34,074 nucleotides of DNA. It comes from Octopus bimaculoides (Eukaryota). Made by a program: the position numbers and the translations under genes. Each line of letters begins with the position of its first letter. Positions within the stretch are counted from its first letter, which is position 1. Positions 23,092 through 33,559 of the stretch are shown piece after piece. The notes beneath the pieces were generated by a model. That model ran no database searches, was not told the DNA's origin, and saw only the letters and a program-made list of their open reading frames with translations. The stretch covers positions 89,093,659-89,127,732 of the forward strand of contig NC_068983.1 of assembly GCF_001194135.2 (NCBI RefSeq), given 5' to 3'.

Positions 23092-23439
23092 TAATTAGAA
23101 TCAGGGTTAGGGTTTGTAGTACATTGCAAAACTTCACTGCAAGCATTATTTCTTTTGTTACAGTTTATTTCATTAAATATTTTCAGTTTTATTATTGATT
23201 TCCTAAAATATAACAAGTTGTGCTTTTCTTTATGCACATATCAAAAGAAAAACAAGAAAAATGGCTCCTTCAAGATAGCCTTGAAGAGAATGAATGAATC
23301 TGATTGGCTAAAATTTCTAAATTTTTTTATTATTAGTTTTTCAATAGAAAAAAAATGTGATTTTTCATAATGCAAAACAACATGTGTAGAAAATTGAGAA
23401 AGAAAGTTCAGCCTCTAGGTCAAACAGAAAAGACACTTG

Positions 23440-24118
23440 AAAAATCATTATCTCAGTTCAAACATAAACCTGAAAAACTTTTCAAGAGTTGAATTCCAAA
23501 AATTAAAAATGGAAGATAAGAATGAAAAACAACACACCATACACAAAGTTTTTGACACACAGGATAATTTCCAACTCCAGCCAACAAGAATGCCACATAA
23601 AAGAAGCAGCAAAATATCTCATTTCGCATGTCCACGACTTTTCATCACCTTTGTATGGTACCACTGTAATTTCCAAGATAGGCTTAGTTCAAAAATTATA
23701 ACCAAATATTTGTTGAACCTAGTGATAGTCATAAGATAGCTATCACTGTCTTTTGGATTATTTGAAATTTTGAGAATGCCTTTCAGTCATCAAAATTCAT
23801 TTAATTCTCTTTAAAGATTCATTAACAAAATTACTTATGGTTTAGACTTTGCTTTTGTTTATACTGGTGATTTATTAATAGCCAGTTCTTCCAAAACAGA
23901 ATATGACCACTTTCAACAGCTTTTTACCAGGTTATCATACTATGGTATAGTACTTTAAATGTCTTTTCAGTATTTCATCCCTAATATTCTTAGGTCATAT
24001 TATTGATAAAGATAGAATCTGACCAACAAAGGGAAAAGTGGAAGCTATTTTAATTTCCAGTACCTACATCTCTACAGAAATTGTGAAACTTTCTAGGTTT
24101 AGTAAATTTATACAGAAC
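23440..24118 (+). mobile_element. Ty3/gypsy RT relic
   Basis: HDFSSPLYG.TVISKI.LV, EPSDSHKIAIT..FGLFEILRMPF, GLDFAFVY.GDLLIASS, FLGHIIDKD, NFLGLVNLYR across frameshifts. Confidence 0.85.
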
Positions 24119-24122
24119 CAGT

Positions 24123-24466
24123 AAGCACCATTCATGCATGGGTTGTTTCCAGTGCCACCTGACTGGTTCCCCGTGCTGGTGGCATGTAAAAAGTACCATC
24201 CAAATGTGGTCGATGCCAGCCCCCCTCGCTCCGACTGGCTCCTGTGCCGGTAGCATGTAAAAAGTACCATCCAAACATGGCCAATGCCAGTGGCACATAA
24301 AAAGCACCCACTATACTCTCGGAGTGGTTGGCGTTAAGAAGGGCATCCAGCTGTAGAAACATTGCCAGATCAGATTAGAGATTGGTGCAGTCTCCTGGCT
24401 TGCCAGTTCCAAGTCAAACTGTCAAACCCATGCCAGCATAGAAAATGGACGTTAAACAATGGATGA
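24123..24466 (+). mobile_element. SINE, same family as 21792-22200
   Basis: Same tandem units and tail CCATGCCAGCATAGAAAATGGACGTTAAAC; it interrupts the gypsy relic. Confidence 0.85.
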
Positions 24467-24802
24467 TAATTTCATATTGCACTGTAGAGAAATAACTAAT
24501 CCTTTTACAGAACAATTATACAACAGAAGGTAGAAAATTTTTAAAAATGCAAAAATTATACTAACAGCAAATAAACTACAGGGAGAAAAACAACTAGCTT
24601 TAGATCTCTGAATGAGATCTATGTAGTAACAGTACAGTATAGTAAAGTTTATTTGCCAACATAACATGGCAGTCCTGTTACTATGATACTACTTTTTAAT
24701 CCCAAGGAAACATCTTTTCCAGCTGGTTATCGACATATGATCTGTGTCCGAGACACACTGTAAGTAAGAGAGCTTACTGCTCCCTTCTAACCATTAGCAG
24801 TA

Positions 24803-24848
24803 CCAGCAAACCAATGGCTTCTGGGTAATTTCCTGTCTTCAGTGCTGG
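24803..24848 (-). ncRNA. Minimal type I hammerhead motif, family C copy 1
   Basis: CCAGCA CUGAAGA CAGGAAAUUACCCA GAAG C CAUUG GUU UGCUGG: perfect 6-bp stem I, GAAA mutated to GAAG. Confidence 0.65.
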
Positions 24849-25160
24849 ACAACTACCTGGCTAGAGATAGTAGCTACCTGACCTTGCTCATAGTATATAC
24901 TTATCGAAGTGACTGACAGTCACTGATCTCGTAAAAAGAAAAACAACTAGTCTTAAATCTCTGAATGAGATTTATGTAGTAACAGTAGCGTGTAGTATGG
25001 TTTATTTGCCAACATAACATGGCAGTCCTCCACAGGACTATGTTACTACTTTTTAACCCCAAGGAAAACATCTTTTCCAGCTGATTATCGACATATGATC
25101 TGTGTCCGAGACACACTGTAAGTAAGGGGGCTTACTGCTCCCTTCTAGCCATTAGCAGTA

Positions 25161-25206
25161 CCTGCAGATCAATGGTTTCTGGATAATTTCTTGTCTTCAG
25201 TTCTGG
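25161..25206 (-). ncRNA. Minimal type I hammerhead motif, family C copy 2
   Basis: CCAGAA CUGAAGA CAAGAAAUUAUCCA GAAAC CAUUG AUC UGCAGG: core intact, stems decayed. Confidence 0.6.
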
Positions 25207-25576
25207 ACAACCACCTGGCTAGAGACAGCAGCTACCTGACCTTATTCACAGTATATACTTATCAAAGTGACTGACAGTCACTGATCTCGTAAGGAGAAAA
25301 ACAACTAACGCTCCCTTACTTACAGTATGACTCGAACACCAACTGAAAAAGATGTTTTCCTAGGGTTAAAAAGTAGTAACATAGTCCTATGCAGGACTGC
25401 CACATTATGTTGGCAAATAAACCTTATTACACGGTACTATTACTACATAGATCTCATTCAGAGATTTAAAACTAGTTGTTTTTCTCCTTACAAGATCAGT
25501 GACTGTCAGTCACTTCAATAAGTATATATTGTGAGTAAGGTTGGGTGGCTGCTGTCTCAAGCCAGGTGGTTGTCCA

Positions 25577-26994
25577 TAGTCTGTAGGTTTGCGGCTCGGC
25601 ACCTGGAGCAGCAAGCCGATAACGTCCAGTGTTGTTGGACACTGGACGGATGGCCCTGTTAAGTTGCTCGGAGTTTGGTTTGGTCCGGACTCCCAGACGG
25701 AGAAAAATTGGAGCGAGGTGACGAACAGGGTAGAAGCGCTATCCCGGACTTGGTCTGGAAGGGCGCTGTCCCTGAAAGGAAGGGCGGAGGTGGTGCAGAC
25801 GTTTATTGCGTCAGTTATCACCTACCGCCTCACCGTCGTCCCCTGCCCTGATTTGTGGCTAAACAAGCTGGTTCGGATTCTCTTCCGCTTTTTGTGGAGG
25901 GGAAAGCCGCTTGTGAGGCNNNNNNNNNNNNNNNNNNNNNNNNNNNNNNNNNNNNNNNNNNNNNNNNNNNNNNNNNNNNNNNNNNNNNNNNNNNNNNNNN
26001 NNNNNNNNNNNNNNNNNNNNNNNNNNNNNNNNNNNNNNNNNNNNNNNNNNNNNNNNNNNNNNNNNNNNNNNNNNNNNNNNNNNNNNNNNNNNNNNNNNNN
26101 NNNNNNNNNNNNNNNNNNNNNNNNNNNNNNNNNNNNNNNNNNNNNNNNNNNNNNNNNNNNNNNNNNNNNNNNNNNNNNNNNNNNNNNNNNNNNNNNNNNN
26201 NNNNNNNNNNNNNNNNNNNNNNNNNNNNNNNNNNNNNNNNNNNNNNNNNNNNNNNNNNNNNNNNNNNNNNNNNNNNNNNNNNNNNNNNNNNNNNNNNNNN
26301 NNNNNNNNNNNNNNNNNNNNNNNNNNNNNNNNNNNNNNNNNNNNNNNNNNNNNNNNNNNNNNNNNNNNNNNNNNNNNNNNNNNNNNNNNNNNNNNNNNNN
26401 NNNNNNNNNNNNNNNNNNNNNNNNNNNNNNNNNNNNNNNNNNNNNNNNNNNNNNNNNNNNNNNNNNNNNNNNNNNNNNNNNNNNNNNNNNNNNNNNNNNN
26501 NNNNNNNNNNNNNNNNNNNNNNNNNNNNNNNNNNNNNNNNNNNNNNNNNNNNNNNNNNNNNNNNNNNNNNNNNNNNNNNNNNNNNNNNNNNNNNNNNNNN
26601 NNNNNNNNNNNNNNNNNNNNNNNNNNNNNNNNNNNNNNNNNNNNNNNNNNNNNNNNNNNNNNNNNNNNNNNNNNNNNNNNNNNNNNNNNNNNNNNNNNNN
26701 NNNNNNNNNNNNNNNNNNNNNNNNNNNNNNNNNNNNNNNNNNNNNNNNNNNNNNNNNNNNNNNNNNNNNNNNNNNNNNNNNNNNNNNNGTAGACTGGTGT
26801 ACCCTGGAATTAGGTGTAAACCATTGGTAATATTACAAGTTTTGTAGAAAAATTTTTAAATATATATATTTTTAAACGTATATTTAAAAAAAAAAAAAAA
26901 GCTAAAAAGACTCACTAAATGACAATTCTTAAATGTTTGTAGTGTCCTGTATTGTCCAATCTATGTAAGATATTATTATCGTAATAAAGAGAAC
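25577..26994 (+). mobile_element. 5'-truncated Tx1/L1-clade LINE with 16-bp TSD (spans N gap)
   Basis: GC-rich open frame ...PVKLLGVWFG...NWSEV..RVEALSRTWSGRALSLKGRAEVVQTFIASVITYRLTVVPCP...LFRFLWRGKPLVR (post-RT region of L1/Tx1 ORF2). GCCAGGTGGTTGTCCA is duplicated at 25561-25576 and 26995-27010, with the host repeat resuming in register. Confidence 0.8.
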
Positions 26995-27007
26995 GCCAGG
27001 TGGTTGT

Positions 27008-27053
27008 CCAGCACTGAAGACAAGAAATTGCCCTGAAACTATTGGTCTACTGG
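27008..27053 (+). ncRNA. Minimal type I hammerhead motif, family C copy 3 (best conserved)
   Basis: CCAGCA(27008-13) CUGAAGA(27014-20) CAAGAAAUUGCCCU GAAAC(27035-39) UAUUG GUC(27045-47) UACUGG(27048-53). Confidence 0.72.
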
Positions 27054-27610
27054 TACTGCTAACGGGTAGGAGGGAGTAGTAAGCCCCCTTACTTACAGTA
27101 TGTTTCAGACACAGATCAGGTGTTAATAACCAGCTGGAAAAGATGTTTTCCTGGAGTTAAAAAGTAGTAACATATTCCTATGCAGGACTGCCATGTTATG
27201 TTGGCAAATAAACTTTACTAAATAAACTACAATTATTTATGAATATTAAAGAAAAATTATCTTAATTTACTTTATTGATTCATCCACTAGCAGAGCACAT
27301 TTCTTTTTTTATCCACACCAAGCGACTACATGTGTATGTATAAGAAAAAAGATATTTACTGACGGAAAAGTAAGCTGCTCAAATAAATTACTTTTTACAT
27401 ATCTTTTTCTAAATCATTGTGGATAGATCCCAGCAATGTGCGGAATAAAATGTTTTGTAAGCAATTTGTAACCCACATTAACATTTGTTTTTTAATGAGG
27501 GTGATAGGAATGCAGAAACACCAGGATTGGTCGTGTGGAACCAGAGACATAGCCAGCAAGATTTGGTGAGAAAAAAAAATATTTATGATTGGAAAAGATC
27601 ATAGAAATAC

Positions 27611-28375
27611 ATTTAAATGGAAAAAATTTTCTGTTTTACAGAAAAAAACGTTCAACAAAATGTTCAAACTTTAAATTTTTCTGAAAAAATTCTTGTTTTA
27701 CAGAAAAGGTTTAATAAAATGTTGAGCCTTCAAAAGTTAGAAACTAGAATCGAAAAAATAAAAAAAATTCTAATTGGCATTTTGTTGCACTTCTTGAAAA
27801 AATAATAGTTTTAATAATAAACTCTTCTCTTCCTCCTTTCTTTTCTTTTTCTGTCCTCCATTCCATTTTTCAATCTTCTCTCTTTATCCTTCTTCCCAGA
27901 CCTATCTCTTTTTTTCTTTTCCTTTATTCCATCATTCACCTCTTCGAAGAGCTCATTATCCGTCTTCTTAGAACTACCTTTGTTTCATGTTTCTCCTCTC
28001 CTCCTCCACTCCTTTTTCTTTTCTCCTCCATTCCTTATTTATCTCCTTCCATCCTTAATCCCCATCAAATGCATCTACTTGTGCTTCTAAAAGAAATAAT
28101 ATAATTAATCTTCATTTGTTAATGAAAGGGGATTGAAGTGGTGGTATTCCCCATCCCCTTTAAAAATAAGATTTGTCTGCTAATGAGATGAACATTTCAA
28201 AAAGTACAACAAAATGCCAATTAAATTTTAAAACTTTTTTTCAGTTATAGTGCCTAACTTTTGAAGGCTCAACATTTTATCAAACCTTTTTCTGTAAAAC
28301 AATTAAAAAAAAAAAAAGTTTGAACATTTTGTTGAACCTTTTTTCTGTAAAACAGGAAATTTTTTCCATCTAAAT
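27611..28375. mobile_element. MITE-like element with ~185-bp imperfect terminal inverted repeats
   Basis: 27611-27800 and 28195-28375 are reverse complements, each with two ctgttttacagaaaa subrepeats. Pyrimidine-rich non-coding interior; TSD not resolved. Confidence 0.7.
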
Positions 28376-28539
28376 TTCTTGTTAAGATTATAATATATCA
28401 TTTATTATGTAGATTATCATTCAAGTACCATTGCCATTGTTAGCCTAATTTCTAGTTCACCCCCATAACACGTTGAGGTGATTGTTGGTTTCTATGGGGG
28501 AAAGGCCCCTACTGATTATTAATTTCTATTTTATAATGT

Positions 28540-28760
28540 ACATAAAACATATCTGATTATTTACCCCCAGACCACTCCTGAGCTAGCAGACCTACGATCA
28601 AAGAGGTTTCTGCTTAACCAATCATCCTGCATTTCTGATATAGTACGTCTAGAAATACATCATCAAAAGTGTCTTTTGTAAGAGAGAGTAGGAAGTGATT
28701 TGAGGGCAATTTGGCTGCTATTTCTAACAGGTAAAGTGACCTATACCAGCCTCTGTTTAT
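28540..28760 (+). repeat. Interspersed repeat fragment (cephalopod SINE-like)
   Basis: Contains gcagacctacgatcaaag...gatttgagggcaatttggctgctatttctaacagg, recalled as a common octopus repeat; no second copy in this window. Confidence 0.4.
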
Positions 28761-29019
28761 GCTATCCTAGCTACGGCTTGAGTCCAGGGAAAAGGAATTA
28801 ATGAGAATTCGGACGTAGTGTTGATTAAATCTGCCCTGGCAATGATCACCGGAAAGAAGAAACAAGACATAACGGGAAAGAAAACAGGACCCAGTGGGCA
28901 GTTTAACTTCTCTAGCATTGTGAGAAAGAGAGGAATAGGTAGACAGGAAAGAAAGGATAGTGAAACATGTTCGGGAGATAGAGGAAGTGTAAGAGAGAAA
29001 AAGTGGAAATCACAGCAGT

Positions 29020-29610
29020 AGGAGGAAGAAGAGTGTAAGAGGGAAATGCAAATAAAAAGACAGAGAGAAAGGGAGAGATAGAGACAGACAGAAAGATACA
29101 TAGAAATGGGACTGCTCATAGATAGACAGGAGGACTGAATTAACAGAAGAGGAAGGAGAATAAGTTGAAAAGATCCGAAAAGAGAGTAAACAAACACAGA
29201 AAGAGAAAGAGTGGGAGAGAGAAAAGCAAACAGAAGAGAGAGAAACAGATAGAAATATAAAGAGGTAATGACTGATAGAAAGGGGAGGAGGATAAGTACA
29301 AGAGAGAGTAAACAAGCATAGAAAGAAGAGTGGGAGAGGATACCAAAGAGTAAAATAGAGACAAACAGAAAGATATATATATAGAGAGAGGGGAGAACTC
29401 ATAGATACACAGGAGGATTGATAGAGAACTGACAGAAAGGGAAGGAGAATAAGTTGAAAAGAGAGTAAAGAAACATAGAAAGAATGAGAGAGAGAAAAGA
29501 CAGAGAGAGACATAGAAAGATAAATATATAAAGAGGGGATGACTGCGAAGGGGAGGAGAATAAGTAGGAGAGAGTAATCAAACATACAAAGGGGGAGAGG
29601 ATACGTAAAA
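29020..29610. repeat. Purine-rich degenerate tandem repeat (~140/290-bp periodicity)
   Basis: Recurrent ggagaataagttgaaaag, agagagtaaacaa.cata and ctcatagata.acaggagga motifs. Confidence 0.7.
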
Positions 29611-29644
29611 GTAAAAAAAAAAAAATGCAATGTGAATATGAAGA

Positions 29645-30690
29645 GGCACCAATTGTTACTTCCCCCTTAGTGAAGGCGAATGTATTGTTTCAGTCGTGTT
29701 TGTTTGTTTGTGGACAAGATACCTCAAGAACCGCCGGAAGATTCGGATGAAATTTTCAGGGATGTTTGGCCTCGTGACTGGCACAAACTGATTAGATTTT
29801 GGGATCGGTCGGTATTGAACAAGGATCCTGGATAATTTGTTATATTTACTTCACTTTACATTAAGTATTACGATCTTACGTTGACTTTCAAGTCTTTCTC
29901 TGATTATCTCCCTTGAAAGCACACTCATGCTTTCCACATTAAGTTATGGCAGCATTTTTCGTTTCTCTATTTTTAATTTTACTCGCGTCTCTATCTTAAT
30001 AGAAACTGATAGATAAAGAAATCAAACTACATAAACAAACGGCAGCAAAACCGTTCACAAATTAAATAACACTAACATATTCAGTAACGATAATAAATTT
30101 CATTTATCCTCAACAATTTTTAGTTTTACCAATTTTGAATATATCGCTCCTGTTTAAAACCTGTTACCTACTTGACAATTGTATTTCTAGCTCTGCCTTG
30201 AAGGAAGCTTCACTTCTTGGATTCAAGTTTTTGTGCACAACGATGTTGTCAAACTCCTGTTAACAGCACCGTATGCAAGTCCTTTCCATTTTCTTTCATG
30301 CATGGATAAATTTTTCACTAGAGACCGTAATGGTCATAAAGACTATATCAGTGGATAGACTAAAAAAGGCCCTCATAGTGAAAACTGTCCCTGTTCCCAC
30401 TGCAGACGACACACACACAGCATCACAAACACAGTCCATACACCCAGCTTCACATTCCATGACTACCATTGGGATCGATCAGGTACCGGACAAGGATTCT
30501 GGATTATTTTTTTAATTTTTTTTTTTTTATTAATTTTTGAGAGTGGTCGGGTTCATTTTTAGTATTCTCGTTTGTGAAATCAGTCGAGTTTATTTAGGAT
30601 ATTCTCATGTTAAAAATCATTTCCGACTAATCGTTGAGAGGACATGGGTGTTGCTTTGGCAGAGGTTTGAGCTGAGTGCTCGTTATAATT
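29645..30690 (+). mobile_element. Helentron/DINE-like non-autonomous element(s)
   Basis: 5' ttacttcccc...(GTTT)n...caagatacctcaagaa...cggatgaaattttcagg and 3' ttggcagaggtttgagctgagtgct resemble the HINE/DINE subterminal repeat pattern (ttacctccgcc / ggcggaggt). Confidence 0.55.
30145..30400 (+). mobile_element. Gypsy integrase C-terminal fragment
   Basis: Translates IQVFVHNDVVKLLLTAPYASPF...KFFTRDRNGHKDYISVDRLKKALI (cf. PL..PY.GP....ISVDRLK.A). Confidence 0.7.
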
Positions 30691-31369
30691 ATGATGCTAT
30701 AAAACTTATATGAAAATAAAGGTTATAATACAATGAATATTTTAACATAAAGTATATGCAATTTTAACAAAGTTTAAGAAAGTTAATGGAAATTTTGAAA
30801 TCGGTATTTCAAATGTGCAGTGAGGTTTCGGAATTATAGTCAAGACACGTTTGAGCTGGACTCAACATTTTGTTGGGTTAAGTAGTGCTTAACCAATATG
30901 TATAAATAACTGACTAAACTCCTACCTTCCCTTCCTAAAATTGCTGGCCTTGTGCAACAATTTGAAACTTTGTTTTAAGTAAGGCAGTGGGGGTGTCAAA
31001 ATCATCAAATGTCAGGAAATGCCTAGCAGTGTTCATTCTGTTTCTTAAAATAAAGTCCCAGTCAATTTGATGAAATAAAAAAAAAAAGCAATAAGGATCT
31101 TGGTTGAAATTACCGAAATACAACTTTAACACGAAGTAACTTCAAAAATGAAGAATTTTCTTAAAAACGCCAAGAGTAAATGATGTTTTAAATGATACAT
31201 TCTACCAGTATACGAAATTTGAAAGTGTTTAGTTGCAAAAAATTATTTTTTCTATGTGCCGGCCAAAAGAAAAAGATTCAGCAATGAAATAGCAGGGACC
31301 AATTTCATCACCTAATCTCCTACCTCTACTATAACTGAGTTTTATGCCTAAATTAGAAAGCACTTATTA

Positions 31370-31520
31370 CGGCGGGGGATTGGTAGAATCGTGTCTCGGA
31401 CAAAATACATTGCGGATCTTTACAATCCAAGTTTAAATCCTGTTGAGTCAACTTTACCTTTCATCTATTCGGGGTCAGTGGAATAATGTAGTAGGGTCGA
31501 TGTAACTAACAAGCCTCCTC
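31370..31520 (+). mobile_element. tRNA-derived SINE fragment
   Basis: Head ggattggtagaatcg...agtttaaatcc and core gtcaactttacctttcatc..ttcggggtc; reverse complement of the 17875-19870 family. Confidence 0.6.
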
Positions 31521-32702
31521 CTTTTAATATAACAGGTCTTAGAAACAGTTAATAGTTTAGTGATGTGAAATCAGTTTTGGGCAAATGGTTAAAAAGCTCG
31601 CTCTGTGTTCAGTCCTAGTGTGTGCGTCACATTTGGTATTTTCTATTGTGGCCACTGGTCAACTCAAATATCATTGAATGGACTATGGAAGTCCATCTGA
31701 TGGTCTTTATTGGGTAGCAGAATTATCATGTGGCCGCTGGCTGGACAATGGATAGTTTCATTAGTGTCCTCTCTGTTGCATGTGATGGGACATGGAGTCA
31801 GGTCAAAGGAGAATAATATTGTCTTCTTTCGTCTCCTTCACTCCTCGCGTAACCTTGTAAAAAGGCCATGGGCCCAACCTGTCTTCCTCTGATAAAGCAC
31901 CCACCCCCATTTAAAAATGAAAAAAAGAAAGATGTTTAAATTCATTCTCTATGAGTAAAAACAAATGTGCGATCAAGTTTCGAGGTTAATGTTTACAATG
32001 TTAACTTGGAAACGAAAACGAAACAAAAAAAAAACAGCGCAACAGGTGTAAAAAAATGTGTATGAAATGAATATGAAAACAAAAATGCATGCAAAGCAAT
32101 GGTGGGGGGACGTTCGGAAAATTCACAGGATCCGAGTTTTTCCCTCATAACTTTTAGGAAAATGGGTCTTTTTTATTTTTTACTGAAATCTTATATAAAT
32201 ACCTTTCAAACGGCATACCTTTCTATTCTCACTCAAAATACTAAGCGTTTATGGGGAAGCCTGAAAAAGCATATTGTTCAACCAGGAATGAGATCTAGCT
32301 ACTTAAAACATGTCGCGTGGTTACTTTTCATACACGCCATCTCACTGCCAACCTAGCAATTTCATGTTTCATTTGGAGGCTGTATGTTCCGGGTGACACG
32401 GAAGAATGTATACCCTATAGGTACATTGGCGCATTTTTTATACTGTAAAACATTCTTCTTACCCCCAAAGAGGCTTATACATTAAAACATTCAATACAGA
32501 TCTTCCTACACCCATTAGGCTTGTTAACTTGCTTATTGGTGATTGAGAGAACTTGTAGTAATTAACCGAAAATATTAAACAAATAAGAAAGGTATCAGAC
32601 TGTCGTGAGATACGCTAAAAACAACAGCTAAATTGCCCTTAACTTTTTTTTCGGTCAAACTAAAGCATTTGATCCGATGACAAAAATAAAAACAAATTAA
32701 TC

Positions 32703-33150
32703 TAATAGGTGTAAAACAACTTGCTGGGAACGAATATGAAGAAAAAAATGCGCGCTCGCGAATGGGGGGGGGGGCGTCTCGTGAATGTTCCGAGACGCCT
32801 CACGGAGCCAAGAAACAAAAGGAAAATAGTGTAATAGATGTAAAACGACTTGCTCTGAACGAATATGAAAAGAAGAAAATGCGCTTTCACGAAAGGCGGG
32901 ATGGGGAGAGGACTCGGAACATTCACATCGTCAGTCCATGGCCTCTAAACTATAGTGATTGACCCGGTGACAAAATATTTTTAAAATTAGTGTAATAGGT
33001 GTAAAACAACTGGCTGGGAACGAATATGAAGAAAAAAATGCGCGCTCGCCGGAGACACTTCACTGGAGCCAAGAAATAAAAGAAAAATAGTGTAATAGAT
33101 ATAAAACGACTTGCTCTGAACGAATATGAGAAAAAAAAATGCGCGCTCGA
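32703..33150. repeat. Four copies of a ~55-bp motif inside an unclassified repeat
   Basis: taata(g)gtgtaaaac(a/g)acttgct..gaacgaatatgaa.aaaaaaatgcgc at ~32703, ~32833, ~32993 and ~33093, plus a decayed copy at ~32043. Confidence 0.8.
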
Positions 33151-33209
33151 ATTGTTGATGGCATGAATATATCTCAGTTTCGAAAGACTTACAACTGGGC
33201 TACATATCT

Positions 33210-33425
33210 CTCTCTTTTTACTCTTTTACTTGTTTCAGTCATTTGACAGCAGCCATGCTGGAGCACCACCTTTAGTCAGCAATTCGACCCCAGGACTTAT
33301 TCTTTGTAAGCCTAGTACTTATTCTATCGGTCTCTTTTGCCGAACCGCTAAGTTACGGGGACGTAAACACACCAGCATCGGTTGTCAAGCAATGCTAGGT
33401 GGACAAACACAGGCACACAAACATT
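33210..33425 (-). mobile_element. SINE 3' portion (family of 9190-9511)
   Basis: ttactcttttacttgtttcagtcatttgac...aagcctagtacttattctatcggtctcttttgccgaaccgctaagttacggggacgtaaacac; homologous to 9190-9310. Confidence 0.8.
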
Positions 33426-33559
33426 GTTGAACTTGCTTCCTCATTTTTAATGAGAGCCATTTCTAGTTTTTCTACCTTCCTATTTGAAACAAGTTGCAAG
33501 TAACCTTTTTTATTGGGTATTGTCAAATCGAATAACCTGAAACTTTTCACAATTCTACC

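Larger units (their letters stand above)
24581..27219. mobile_element. Hammerhead-bearing ~355-bp repeat array (2 tandem units plus ~1.4 inverted units), retrozyme/PLE-pLTR-like, with 12-bp TSD
   Basis: Units start at caactag 24591, 24944 and 25302; the inverted part spans ~25310-25576 and 26995-27219. AAATAAACTACA flanks both ends (24569-24580 and 27220-27231). No protein-like ORF in the unit. Confidence 0.85.

Noticed and set aside
23453-23739. ORFs 23437-23739 (+) and 23453-23635 (-) as host exons
   Set aside because: The region is explained by a frameshifted gypsy RT relic on the plus strand.
28757-29630. Leu/Ser/Phe-rich minus-strand ORFs suggesting a membrane protein
   Set aside because: Translation of a GA-rich degenerate tandem repeat.
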